From the human T2T-CHM13v2.0 reference genome, Homo sapiens: a stretch of DNA of 64,000 nucleotides. Numbering within the stretch: position 1 is the stretch's first letter; each line of letters begins with the position of its first letter. The position numbers were made by a program, and so were the translations under genes. Location: NCBI RefSeq assembly GCF_009914755.1, contig NC_060935.1; one strand, given 5' to 3'. Of the stretch, positions 40,501 through 53,948 are shown one piece after another. Under the pieces are notes generated by a model. It was given only the letters and a program-made list of their open reading frames with translations. It did no database searches and had not been told where the DNA came from.

Positions 40501-43155
40501 TTCCATTTGCTTAGTAAATTTTCCTCCATGCCTTTAATTTGAGCCTACATTTGTCTTTGTATGTGAGATGTGTCTCTTACCACACACCAATGGATCTGGA
40601 CTCTTTATCCAGCTTGCCATTCTGTGTCTTTTAATTAAGGCATTTAGCCCATTTATATTTAAGATTAATATTTTTATGTGTGAATTTGATCCTGTCATCA
40701 TGATGCTAGCTGGCTATTTTGCAGAATGGTTTATGGAGTTGCTTCGTAGTGTCACTGGTCTGAGTACTTCAGTGTGTTTTTGTAGAGGCTAGTAACAGTT
40801 TTTCCTTTTCATAATTAGTGCTTCCTTCAGGAGCTCTTGCAAGGCAGGCCTGGTGTTGACAAATTCCCTCTCCATTTGCTTTTCCAAAAAGGATTTTATT
40901 TCTCCTTAGCTTATGAAGCTTAATTTGGCCACATATTAAATTCTGGATAGGAAATTCTTTTCTTCAAGAATGCTGACTATTGGCCCCCAATCTTTTCTGG
41001 TTCATAGGGTTTCCGCTGAGAGATCTGCTGCTAGTCTGATGGGCTTCCCTTTGCAGGTAACCTGGCCTTTCTCTCTGACTGCACTTAATATTTGTTATTG
41101 TATTTCAACCTTGGATAATCTGACGATTATGTGTCTTGGGGTTGATCTTCTCATGGAGTATGTTACTGGGGTTCTCTGTATTTCCTGAATTTGAATGTTG
41201 ACCTGTCTTGCTAGGTTGGGGAAGTTCTCCTGGATGATATCCTGAAGTATGTTTTCCAACATGGTTCCATTCTTCCTGTCTCTTTTAGGTACCCCAATCA
41301 GTCATAGGTTCAGTCTTTTTACATAATCTCATAGTTCTCGAAGGTTTTGTTTGTTCCCTTTCATTCTTTTTTCTCAATTATTGTCTTCCTGTCTTATTTC
41401 AGAAAGATAGTCTTAAGCTCTGAGATTCTTTCCTCCACTTGGTCTATGTGGCTATTGATACTTGTGATTTCATTGTGATGTTCTCATTTTGTGTTTTTCA
41501 GCTCCAGCAGGCCATTTATGTTTCTTTCTAAACTGGCGATTCTGGTAATCAGCTCCTGTAATCTTTTATTATGATTCTTAGCTTCTTTGCATTGGGCTAG
41601 AATATGTTCCTTTAGCTCTGTGAATTTTGCTATTACCCACCTTCTGAAGCCTACTTCTGTCAATTCATCAATTTCAGCCTCCACCCAGTTCTGTGTCCTT
41701 GCTGGGGAGGTGTTGTGATCATTTAGAGGAGAAGAGGCACTCTGGCATTTTAAGAGTTTTCAGCATTTTTGGATTGATTCTTTCTCATCTTTGTGGGCTT
41801 ATCTACCTTTGGTTATTGAGGTTGCTGACCTTTGAATGGGGTTTTTGTGGGTTCTTTTTTTGTTGATCTTGTTGTTGTTGTTTTCTGTTTGTTTTTCTTT
41901 TAAGAGTGGGGCCTCTCTTCCATAGGGCTGCTACAGTTTGCTGGGGGTCCACTCCAGACTTTAGTTTGCTCAGACTTTCCCACACCTGGAGGTCTCACCA
42001 GTGAAGGCTGCAAAACAGCCTGCTCCTTACTTGGGAGTTCCGTTCCAGGTGAGCACTGACCTGATGCCAGTCCAAATGTTCCTGTAGGAGGTGTCTGGAG
42101 ACCCCTGTTGGGAGGTCTCACCCAGTCAGGAGAAACAGGATCAGGGACTCACTTAAAGAAGCAGTCTGCCTGCCCCTTGCCAACGTGAGTGTTCTGCACT
42201 GGCAGGAACCCTCCTCAACCAGATTTCCAGGACTTTCCAGAGCCAGCAGGCAGGAAAGGCTGCCAGCTGATCTGCCGATATGGTGGCCACCCATCCCCCT
42301 GGTGGCTCTGTCTCAGGGAGAGATCAGCGTTCTGTCCGTAAAACCCAAGTCGGAGTTGCTGAAATTACCACAGGGAGGAACTACCCAGTGAGGAGGGATG
42401 GATCAGGGTCCCACTTAAAGAAGCAGTCTGGCCACGATCTGTCACAGCAGCTGTGCTGTGCTGTGCTGTGGGGAATTCCCAGACTCCCCAGAGATGGCAG
42501 GCCAAAATGGTGAACTGGAGCTGCAGAGATGGCAGCCACTCATCCCCCCAGGAACTCAGTTATCTCAGGCAGTCTCCAGTCTGGTGCTGCTGGCCAGCTG
42601 ATATTCCAAGCCAGTGGGTCATAACTTGTGAGGTGCTGTGGGAGTGGGGCTCGCAGAAGGACACTGCTTGTCTCCCTAGCTTCAGCCCCTTCCTAGGGGA
42701 ATGAAGAGAGGATCTCCTGTCTCACTATTATTTCCGAGGCTGGGGAATGCAAAAACTCCTGGGACTTTGTGCCGGCCTGAGTGGCTGCTGAGACTCCACA
42801 CAGCTCTGTGCTGCAGGCCTAAGGCCCTGGTGGCATGGGCTCACGAGAGGGTCTCCTGATCCGCGGGTTGCACAAATTCATGGGAAAAGCATGGATTCCT
42901 GGGCAGGGTCACACAATTACTCACCACCTCCCTTAGGTGGGTGTAGGGGCCCATCTGGTACCGTGTTGCTCCTGGGTGGGCCATCACTCCACCCTGCTTT
43001 TCCTCACTCTCCATGGATCACACCGATCATGTAGTCAGTTCCCATGCTAGAACCTGGATACCTCAATTAAAGATGTAGAATTCACTCATGTTTTTGTTCT
43101 CCGTGAGAGCCAGGCAGACAACAGCTGCCTCTCTTAGGCCATCGTGGCTACCGGC
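36608..43155 (-). mobile_element. Full-length LINE-1, L1PA11/12-like (~6.55 kb), ORFs disrupted
   Basis: The 3'UTR reads 'gcacagatcaacccttcacctagg...catccatta'. ORF2 ATG is at 40698 and ORF1 ATG at 41788, with a long 5'UTR ending ggccatcgtggc. TSD AG(G/C)TATGCTTTTATT lies at 36593-36607 and 43156-43170. Confidence 0.92.
37484..37518. repeat. (TG)n microsatellite inside L1 ORF2
   Basis: tgtgtgtg...tatgtgtgtgt interrupting ORF2. Confidence 0.9.
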
Positions 43156-43994
43156 AGCTATGCTTTTATTTCTGTCCTCTTTGGCTCACTATAGTCACAA
43201 AAATGTCTAAAGATGATAACCTTCCAAGTGAGACTAAAACTAAAAGTAAGTAAAGTAACCATACATTCCAGTTTACCCAGAACTGTATCCATGGATGTGT
43301 CTGGCCTCCTACATAGTTAAACATCTGTCCATTTTTTTAATGAAGTTTTATTATTAACAAGTGTATTAAAGAATGCTGGAATAGGTTTGGTAGACCTTTG
43401 CTTTGTGCTCCCAGCATCTGCCGAGATTTCTCCCCGTAGTGTCTAAAACAGATGGGCAGTTAACAGAATACTCACTGTAATAGGAGAATAAATCTGAAAT
43501 ATGACCTGTGATGACCCCTTTCTGGTTCTTTCTTAAATTTTCAAGGAGTTCAATTTCAAGGACACTATATAGGATACTCATTCATAAAACAAAGTGACCT
43601 CAGACTAAAGCAGCCTTGGAGAACTAACTCTTCACTTTGAGGTAGTAGTGGATTACTTTTTGATTCTGTTATGCCTGCCACTAGACGAGGTAGCCAATTT
43701 TACTGTACTACGGCATTCAAAATGTTTATATCCACCAGATTACCAGTCGGTAGGGTTAGTACAAATCAATAAATATTATAACTGGATTATACATGAAACA
43801 TGTGTGAAATACAGGCTGAGAAATCCTGCCATAGATTAGATAGAGAGTACTCAGAATATTCTTGCTACAATGGTTTTGTCACATATAATGGTATAAATCT
43901 AAAACTATTTTATTATTTTGTAACATTTATATTTATTTTGTAATAACCCCTTTGGCAACAACGTGTTAACAATAAAAAGATATTTGTACAAAAT

Positions 43995-45655
43995 TTTAGG
44001 TACAGAATTTCATTTTCTCACAAAAGTTGACACTTGCACAAGTTTTGTGTCAATATTTACAATCCATCATGGAGACCAGGGTGGTATTAGTGACCAGAGA
44101 AAAACATAAATCTGTTGGGGTATCTCTGTCACCTTCAAAAGTTAGTCAGAAAAAATGTACACAAAGATGACAACTTATCATCAGCAAGTTTATGTAATGT
44201 AAGTTTGTGATATGTAAATTGCATGCTATATATCACTATGTGAAGCATGACTGTTCAGTTAGATTGCATTACTATTCTTCAAAATTAAATTTGCTCATTT
44301 TCAATTCCAAGTTCTTTTGGGCATATACAAAATTCAAGGAGTAGCTAATGCATTCGCTCCATTAGTAGAAAAAAAAAGAATTTTACAAACAGTTTTAAAT
44401 GATTAAACTTTTATATCAACTTTAAATAGAAAGTCATGTAGGTACAATAATATTTCAATAATTTCAACCCATTCATGGAATCAAAGTAAAGCATTTTGGT
44501 GTTTGTTCTCTAAAAGATGAAGCATCTGACATTACTTTTAATATAAATTTAACTTAAAAGTTCAAAATTAAAAAAATGTTATTGTGGTGATAATATGAAT
44601 AGAAATTTTGGTAGACCATAATGTTATGATGACAAACAAGGTGTGTAGAGAATTTTAGGACAGAAATATAATTGAAATTAATTGTACTAATAATATAATT
44701 TACATGTGTATTAAACTGTTATTCTACTAATTAAAGTTGTAATTGCATATATTTACCAATGCATATGTGTGTGTATATACACATATCCAGAAAGAAAGAT
44801 GTACAAAGTGAAAAACTACAACACTTTTGAGATAAATTTTATGTTAAATACTAAAACAATGCTTTAAGATGGCAGACCATAACTGCTCTCTATACTGTCC
44901 TTTATCAATAGGAGCCTTTTAAGAACTATCTTGTAAATAAACCTGAAATGCTTGATATTATTTAGCTTTATTGTAAAAAAAGTCCTCCAAAAATTTAATC
45001 TTTTAAAAAATCGTTTTGAAAATTTTAATCAAAATATTCAACAATGAATCACCAAAACAATAAAAGAACATTATAGAAACAAGAAACTAAACAAATCAAA
45101 CAATAAGGATGCAAATTGTGCACTAATATAATTTTTAAATTTTACAATGGCACTTGGAAAGATCTTGTGTTTTGGCGAAAGTCTTTTGATAGTGATCTTA
45201 ATTTCAATTGTATATACACTGTATTTATATTCTGTGCCAAACTGTAATGAAACTAGAAGGCCTACTATGTTACAATATGTAATTTTGATTAAGTATGCAA
45301 AATAATAGTAGAGACCACTAATTGAATGAGTTTGTCTTATAAAAGTATGTAAAAAAGAGAAGCACTATGAATTGTTATAATAAGAGTACAGTAAAAATGT
45401 TTGGCTGAAACATTTACACACTTCACAAAATAAAAGTTAGAATTGACAATACACTTCATTTAGAATAACATGCTCTGAGCCATGCACCTTTGCACAGGGT
45501 AGAGAGATTTTTTTTACATTAAAGGTATGATTAAAAGAGTAAGCATTAATTGAAGGTGTCAGCACTTTCAAATTTCCTAGCCAGAAGATTGTAGGCAATC
45601 TTACTAAAACTTTAATAAGACTATTAAAATATACTTTTCAGATAAATATCCATGA
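43995..45655 (+). pseudogene. Decayed hAT transposase
   Basis: Hand translation gives EFHFLTKVDTCTSFVSIFTIHHG (BED-like, ~44004-44073), YHYVKHDCSVR..SSKLNLLIFNSKF..AYTK (44231-), CGDNMNRNFG (44583-), HALS...VERFF (~45469-45513) and KIYFSDKYP-stop (to 45655), with many stops and frameshifts. Confidence 0.72.
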
Positions 45656-45785
45656 CACAGTATTAAATGTAAGCAAGAAACTGATTAAAGTATGTAAAAA
45701 TATATTAAGAAAAATTATTATGCTTATGCAATTTTTAATGCTCAATCAACACAATAAATGGTTGGGTTGCTGTTTATGTATTTGA

Positions 45786-46137
<352 letters not shown>

Positions 46138-46392
46138 TATCTTTACTTTTGAAAATAGTTTTGAACACAAATGAAAGCGATTTGGAAGTAATATTACTTT
46201 CCAAATTGCTTTCATTGTGTTCAACACTAATTTAATTTTAACTATTTTAATAGATATGTAAGTTATTTATAACTTACATATTGTATGTTAAGTTATAACT
46301 TATAATTTATGTAATAAATATATAATTTATTATAACATAAATGTTAAATATTAATAAATATATAAATTATTTTAATTATTTTAATAAAATTT

Positions 46393-46452
46393 TATATATA
46401 TATATGCACATACACACACATAGAGAGAGAGAGAGAGATTGAGAGAGAGAGA
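46393..46452. repeat. (TA)n(CA)n(GA)n compound microsatellite
   Basis: Read directly from the sequence. Confidence 0.85.
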
Positions 46453-46789
46453 GCATTCTTACATTCTTTATTCTTAGAAGTGTCCTGGTCTAGACAATAA
46501 GTTATATGGTTATCCTGCCTAGGATGACTCTCTTTTTGGTCACCCTCTTCTCATAAATTGGATTCAGCCAGTGGGGAAAAAAATACCTTAATTATATAAG
46601 CACCTTATAAGGAGGGATAAGGGGAAAGGAAAGAGAAGTCATGGGGAAGGGAGTAGAGGAGAAGAAGAGAGAGAGAAGGAGAGGGAGAGGGAGAAGTGAG
46701 AGCGGGAAAAGGTTTCAGCCATTAATAGTTCTGGATTGAGGGGGGAGGCCAAAATTCTACACCGTTTCAAATTTTCAACCTGATTTGTT

Positions 46790-47960
46790 CTTTCTTTTTA
46801 ATTATTTTTAAATGTAGAAGTAATTTATATATAGTCTATTACAAAAGTCTGCTCTGTGTATTGCTCTGCATATTGTTCTATGAATTTGTATCTATGTATG
46901 CACCATGTGATCATTACTTAGTCAATCTCCCAGAAACTTCTTTTTTGTCCATCAAAGTCAATATGACCTCCTTCTCAGCCAGCCAGAGGGAGTCACTATT
47001 CTAATTTCCCCATAGAATATTTTTTTCCTATTCTTGAAACTAAAATTAAAATAAAAACTTCTTTTTTGTCCATCAAAGTCAATATGACCTCCTTCTCAGC
47101 CAGCCAGAGGGAGTCACTATTCTAATTTCCCCATAGAATATTTTTTTCCTATTCTTGAAACTAAAATTAAAATAAAAACATATAGCTAAGTACTCTTTTG
47201 TGTCTGATTTATTTTGCTCAAAATAATGTTTTTATTATTTATCCATATTGTGGTTTTTTTCTTTTGTATTACTGTGTAGTATCTCACTGTAGGAATATAT
47301 CACTGTTTATCCATTCACTTGTTTATAAACATTTAGGTTGTTTTCATTTTAGGGCTATTGCAATTAAAGCTAATATAAACATTTTGTACAAATTTTTTGG
47401 TGAACATACGAGCATTTTTCTCTTAGATATATATCTAACAATAGAATGGCTGGGTCATAGGGTAGGTGTATATTTAGTTTATTAGAAACTTCCTGGAAGT
47501 TTTTCAAATGTTAAGACTTATTTTACTTTTAAAGAGTTATAAGTACAATTTTGTTGCTCTACACATTTACTAATATTCAATATCATTAGTTTTGTTTCTG
47601 TGTGTTTTAATTTTTAGTCATTATGATGGAAGAGCAGTTTTAATTTACACTTCTCCTATGAGTAATATTATTCAGCACTTTTTTCATACACTAAATGTTC
47701 ATTCGTATACTTTCTTTTTGAAGTATCTGTTCAAGTCTGCTATGGGCTATGGAGATGATGTATCTTCCTTGCTGATCTGTAGGAGTTCTATGTATTTTCA
47801 GTCTATGAGTCCCTTGTCAGATGCAGGTATTTTTAAATAAATTATAAATATTTTTCCCCTGTCTATAGTTTTCCTTTTCTCTTACTTAGTGGTATTTTTT
47901 GATAAGCAGTAGCTTTTAATTTGATAAAGTTCAAGCTATCATTTCTTCTTCTTTTTTTCT
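46790..47960 (-). mobile_element. Ancient L1MB/L1ME 3' region
   Basis: tttatccattcacttgtt...catttaggttgttttcattttagggctatt...gctgggtcatagggtagg...tctgttcaagtc. It continues at ~48425-48650 after the LTR. Confidence 0.65.
46934..47175. repeat. Perfect 121-bp tandem duplication
   Basis: 46934-47054 is identical to 47055-47175, with AAAC microhomology at all three boundaries. Confidence 0.97.
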
Positions 47961-47968
47961 TTTTATGC

Positions 47969-48421
47969 TGTTAAATAAAATGCATAGCAGGCTGTTGGAT
48001 CTGACTGAGCCCCTGCACTAGATCCGACAGACCAAATAAACCAAGGTGGAGTTACTCATGCTAAAGTACCATGCCACCAAGCCAAAACTAAATTATTTAT
48101 CTGACCTTCCAAGAAATCCATCAAGTTAAGAGATAATAGCCAAATCTCCAAACAGATCAGTGTTAGCCAGCATAATAAGGAAGTCCTCTCTGCGTTAACC
48201 TTTGCAAGGAAAATAACTTTAAAATGACCAATCTACATTTTCTTCTGTTTCTGCTTGCTTAAGCCCTTTTCTGCCTATAAAACTAATGTCTCCTGCTCAG
48301 ATCATTGAAACACTCATTCTATCTTCTGCTTTTTAGAATGAGTCATTACCCAGTGCTATAATTACAAATAAAATCCAATTGGATCTTTAAACTAAATTTG
48401 CTATAATTTTGTCTTTTGACA
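47969..48421 (+). mobile_element. MER31-like ERV1 solo LTR
   Basis: TG...CA termini, 'cctgcactag...ggagttactcatgctaaag', cctataaaa TATA-like box, aataaa signal and a 4-bp TSD ATGC/TTGC. Confidence 0.75.
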
Positions 48422-50799
48422 TTGCTTAATATCTTCACCCATGCTAAGGTCACAAGGACATCTTCCTATGTTTCCTCCCACTCTCCCATTTATATCTATG
48501 ATCTATCTTAAATTAATTTTTGTATATGATGTGAGGTAGGTGTCAAAGATCAATTTTTTTCCCAAGGAACATCTAGTAGTTTCAGTGCTACTTATTAAAA
48601 AGACTTTTATTTCCTCCACCGAACTTCATTAATGTCTTTGTCAAAATAATTATTTCTTTTTTAAACCAAAAGAGAGAGGTAAAAGGGCTTTGTTAAACAG
48701 TCATTATACAATTCAGCAGAAAACGTCCTTCATGGAGAGCGGAAGAATTTGAGGTCAACTTAGGGTTCTAAGCAAGCTGGACCTCACATTAGCTTTTGCA
48801 ATCAAAAGCAGCTTCATTGATCTCTTCTTCATTTCTTTTCTCTCTGTTTCTCATTCACAATATCTATAAGGAACACTCAAACTGCTGTTTTAATTGTATG
48901 GATTCCTTGATCAAAACAGTTATTTCTCAATATACCTAATTACCTGGTTTCTAAATAGCCTTGACCGGAAAATCTCTTCTACTTATTCCTCAGATGGCAT
49001 GAGGCATTAGCTATAACAGAGTGTGCTTGGAAAAATTTTTATAAGGAGACTGGAGACAACTCTTTTCCCTGGATTGCCACTGTGGGTGACCTTGGGCATG
49101 AAGCTTATCAGTCCTTGTTCTTAACATCCTCATCCATCAAATGATGGTGTTAGATGTTTGATGTAAAACACCCATCGGCCCCAACATTCTAGGATTCAAT
49201 GAGGGAATGAATGTTTTGCCTTGATTAACAGCCTCTGCTTCATCATCCATTAGTATGCTTGATAGCAGGGAAAAGAGTGACGGACTTTTTTTTCCCACTC
49301 CTTTTATTAAACTACCCAATCCAATTAACTCCAATTAAAATTTGTAGTTTTAATTAGTTTGTCTGATGGGTTTTTTAAAAAAACTCATAAATGTAGATCT
49401 TTGCCCTTCCCTTTTTAGGCTTGGCAGCTGTCATGCTCCTTCTAATTTGAGCTCCTCTCACCCTTTTGTGCCACCTTTGATTCATTATTCTTTGTTCTTG
49501 TGTATTGATTATGTCTTTTTTCTCCTTCTCCTGATAGTGATAATACCTTGCTTAAACAAAATTTTAGAAGGAGAGTCACAAAGATTTTGAATTACCTAGA
49601 AATGGTTTTATTCATGAGAGTTAAGTATTGTTAAAGGGCTTCTAGCCAGTAGAAATATGTCAGCATCCCAGACACATGTTTTTGACATTTTTCAGATGTA
49701 TATCATACATCACCCTTCCATGACCTGCTGAGGCTGACACCTAAAGCATAACGTTCCTGAGGAGAAGAAGGAAAACTCTCATACCCAATATACTTTCCAC
49801 AGCTGCACATGTTCACTGATGCTTGGTTTTGTAAGCAATACATTTAATTATATTTATTTTTGTACATCAAAATCAACTTAATAGGAATCTAATATTCATG
49901 AGGACAAAGTTTTTGCCTGTTTTTAAAACTGCCAGCACGTCAAATCATGCTAGAAAATAATGGATAGTAAATACTTGTTGAATGAATGAGCTTATAAGTT
50001 TAAAACTAAACCAATTAAATAAATTTATTTAATTGTATATTATTTAAAATATTAATATGTTATTTTACTTCAAAACCCTTCTCCATTACTGAAGCTTTAT
50101 TATTAAAAAAATATATCTTGAGCATAAACTATGCACCAACTGTTATACTAAGTTTTAATGGGCATTTCGTTATCTACTACTCAAAACAATTTTATGAGAG
50201 AATTGCTATTATTATTTTAACTTTTAAATTATTAAATTCAGGGTTCGAAAATAATAAATAACTTACTAAGATGTTAGAATTAGTAAGCAACAGAATCAGA
50301 ATTATAGCTCAATTGCAAATAAACCCATAGAAAAATTTTGACATTGAGAAAAGAAGAAAAAAAAATCACCATAACACAATGATAATAGTATCATTATTCT
50401 GCCTTTTTTCACATAAATTTTTGGTTTCAGATAATGGTATCAGATTATATGTTTAAAAACTATGTTTAAATTGTTACACCAGGTGGCATCTTGTTATAAC
50501 TAGCATCTTAATGGTTGCATATATCATTAATTAGTTATCTTTCAGAACCCCATGAAATGAACTAACTTGGGGAATAATCCTTACTCCTGTTAGGCTAAAC
50601 TTATTCTCAAATAAAAATCAATAATATCAATAATACCATAAGGTAATATTATAGTTGTTCTTACTATTCCTGATAGTGATAACTAAATATGCTGAAAATT
50701 TATCAAGAGCCAGGCATTGTAATAAGTACAATGAAATGAGATACTATCCAATTGAAGGAAAGAAAGGGAACTGAAAGCAGAATTTTGCTTTGGACTCTA

Positions 50800-51650
50800 A
50801 CACCAAGGCTGCCTTATTTAAACCCAGCACTGCACAGACCCCCACAAGCCTTGATTCTAAGCTGGTACCCGTAGACTGAGCCTCCAGACCTGCCCCAAAA
50901 CTAGGCAGGAACCCATAGGACCTTTGAGGTAAACTTGGTTTGCATCTGCATTACTGCCGGCTGACTACAGTAATCTTGCGCTCCAGAAAACTTTCAGTGG
51001 CAAGCAGGCCTAAATAACCTTGGACTTGTAAACTCTGGGCATGACAGAGCTTCATGCCAGCCTCAAGAGTCATAAGATTGCAGCTCAGCACCATGTTAGT
51101 TGCAGCAGCCCTGGGCTTAAGAAATACGTTAGACAGCCTGCAAAGAATCACTGGATAGGTTTACTGTTCAAAAATATATATTCCTAGACAAACCCAGTTT
51201 GTGAAGACTGGAATGAGTATGTATTTCCTACAATGTGCTTATTACTCATGGCCAGAAGTATCAAAAATAATCAGGAAATTTGACATCAACAAACCAACAA
51301 AATAAAATGGCAGTAACTGACCCTAACAAAATGGAGATATATAAATGACCTAACAAAAAATTCAAAATAATTGTTTTAAGAAAGCTCAGCAAACATTAAG
51401 AAAATACAGAGAAACAATTCAATAAAATGAGGAAAATAATAAGTGAGCCAAATGAGAAATTTAAAACTGAAATTGATATGATTTTAAAAACCAAACAGAA
51501 ATCCTAGAAGTAAAAAATATAATAATTAAAGGGAAAATGCAAGAAGAAGCATCAACAGCAGAATTGATGAGGCAGAAAAAATAATCTGTAAACTTGAAGA
51601 CAAGTTATTTTTAAAAATATACCCTGAGGAGTAAAAGGAAAATAGAATGT
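50800..51650 (+). mobile_element. Old L1MA/L1M 5'UTR and ORF1 fragment
   Basis: gtaactgaccctaacaaaatggagat...attcaaaataattgttttaagaaagctcag...aaacagaaatcctagaa...aacttgaagacaag is an ORF1 coiled-coil remnant. Confidence 0.7.
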
Positions 51651-51654
51651 AAAG

Positions 51655-51912
51655 TTTGATGGTTAATATTGTCAACTTGATTAGATTGAAGGACGCAAAG
51701 TATTGCTTCTAGGTGTGTCTGTGAAGGTGTTGTCAAAGGAGATTAACATTTGAGTCAGTGGAATGGGAGAGGCAGACCCACCCTCAATCAGGGTGGGCAA
51801 CATCTAATCAGCTGCCAGCCTGGCTTGAATAAAACAGGCAGAAGAAAGTGGAATGAAGAGACTTGCTGAATCTTCTGGCCTTCATCTTTCTTCTGTGTTG
51901 GATGCTTCTACC
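51655..51912 (+). mobile_element. MLT2A (HERVL LTR) 5' part, truncated
   Basis: tgatggttaatatt...gtcaacttgattagattgaagg...ggagattaacatttgagtcagtgg...gcagacccaccctcaatc. Confidence 0.88.
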
Positions 51913-52906
51913 TGGGCACCCAAACTTTCTCATACATCTTCTGAAATCTAGGCGGAGGTTGCTAAGCATTCTTCATGCTCATTCTGTGCACTTAAAGGCT
52001 TAACATCATGTTGAAGATGCCAAGGCTTACAGCTTGTGTTATCCATAGTGGAAGCAGAACCTGTACCTGAGCCCTTTTAAGCAATGGCTGGAGCTGGAGA
52101 GGCTGGAATGTAGGCAGCATTGTCTTGAGGCTGCACATGGCAGCAGGAACTGGGCCTGTCCCATGAAGCTATTCTTTCCTCTTAGGCCTCTGGGCCTGTG
52201 ACAGTAGCCTCTGCTGTAAAGTTCTCTGAAATGCCTTCAAAGCCTTTTCCTCCATTGTATTGGATAGTAGCACTTGACTCCTGTTTAGTTATGCAAATAT
52301 CTGTAGCAAGTGGTTGCTTCACAGCTTGCTCGTATTTCTCTCCTAAAAATATTTTCTTTCTCTGCCACATCTGCAACTTTTCCAAACTTTCACATTCTGA
52401 TTTTCTTTAAATATAAATTTTAACATAAAGTCATTTCGTTGCTGCTACATCTGAGATAGGCCCCTAAAAGCAGCCAGGCTACTTCACGAACACTTGTTGC
52501 TTAGAAATTTCTTCCATCAGATACCCTAAATCATCACTTTGAAGAAAAATTTTCCACAATACTTAGGACATGAACAGAATGTAGCCAATTTCTTTGCTAA
52601 GGCATAACATGCATGACCTTTGCTCTTGTTCCTAATAAGTTCCTCATTTCCACTGGAGACCCCTTCAGACTAGGCTTCACTGTCCATATCACTATCAGCA
52701 TTTTATTTACAACCATTTATCCAGTCTCTAAGAAGTTCCAAACTTTCCCTTATCTTCTCCTGAGCCCTCCAAACTCTTCCAGCCTTTGCCTGTTACCCAC
52801 TTCCAAAGCTGCTTCCACATTTTCAGGTATCTTTATAACAATACCCCACCCCCAGTCTGATTTTCTGTATTAGGCCATTCTTGCATTGCTATAAAGAAAT
52901 ACCTGA
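51913..52906 (-). mobile_element. MST MaLR internal fragment plus 41 bp of an MSTB-like LTR
   Basis: MST-int motifs (tctgaaatctaggcggagg, ttagaaatttcttcc, aataagttcctcatttcc), then the LTR start tgtattaggccattcttgcattgctataaagaaatacctga at 52866-52906. Confidence 0.85.
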
Positions 52907-53912
52907 AGGGGTTGGCCAAGATGGCTGACTAGAAGCAGCTAGTGTGTGCCACTCTCATACAGAGAAATATAAGGGGAAGTAAATGCAGCACCTTCAATGG
53001 AAACATCCAGGTATGCACACTGGGACTCAACAAGGAAACAGCTTGACCCACAGACAACAGAGAAAATCAAAGCAGGGCATCCATCCACCCAAAAGTGACA
53101 CAGAGCCAAGGGAGCCTCCACAGCCCAGGGAAGTAGTGAGTGAGTGAACAAACCTGGGGACCCACATTTCTTCCATGGATCTTTGCAATCCTAAGGACAC
53201 CTCAAGAGCCCACTCCACCAGGGCCTTCCATCTGACACACAAAGTTATGTGGCGTCTCAGCAGAGCAGACACTCAGGCACATGAAGAGGCCCAGGAATCT
53301 TAGATACCTGGGCTTCCCAGGAAAGGTTACTGCAGCTCCAGCAAAGCTGGAGGTTAGAACTTCATACACACCCCTAGGAAAGGGGCTTAATTCAGGAAGC
53401 TGAGCAGCAACAGGCTGAAAGCCCTGCTTCTATAGAAACCCACAGAATAACACTGGCATAGGAGTTTAGCAAGCCATTGGTAGCAGCATTGCACCTCCTT
53501 GACATGGAGCTCCCAGGGGGAGGGGCAAGCCACTATCTTTGCTGTTTCACAGCCTTAATTATTGTTTCTTAAGCTCTAGGAAGTCTGAGGCAACTGGAGT
53601 CTAGAACGGTCCTCCAGCACAGTTCAGCAGCTCTATGGGAAAGTGGCCCAACTGCTCATCCATCATTTCTCTTCATTGAGTGGAATCTCCCAACCAGGGC
53701 AGGGTCTTCAGTCACCCTTGTCAATGTTTTCCAGCCAACAGTGGATACAAACCTCCCTGGGACAGAGTTCCCAGAGGGTGGGGTAGGCTGCCATCTTTAC
53801 TGTTTCACAACCTTAACTTTTGTTGCTTTCTGGATTTGGAGAGTCAGAGGCAACTGGGGGCTAGAATGGACCCCCAGTGCACCACAGCTGCTCTACAATA
53901 AAGTGACAAGAC

Positions 53913-53948
<36 letters not shown>

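Noticed and set aside
46934-47175. CRISPR-like or functional repeat array
   Set aside because: There are only two adjacent copies with no spacers, in eukaryotic L1-derived DNA.
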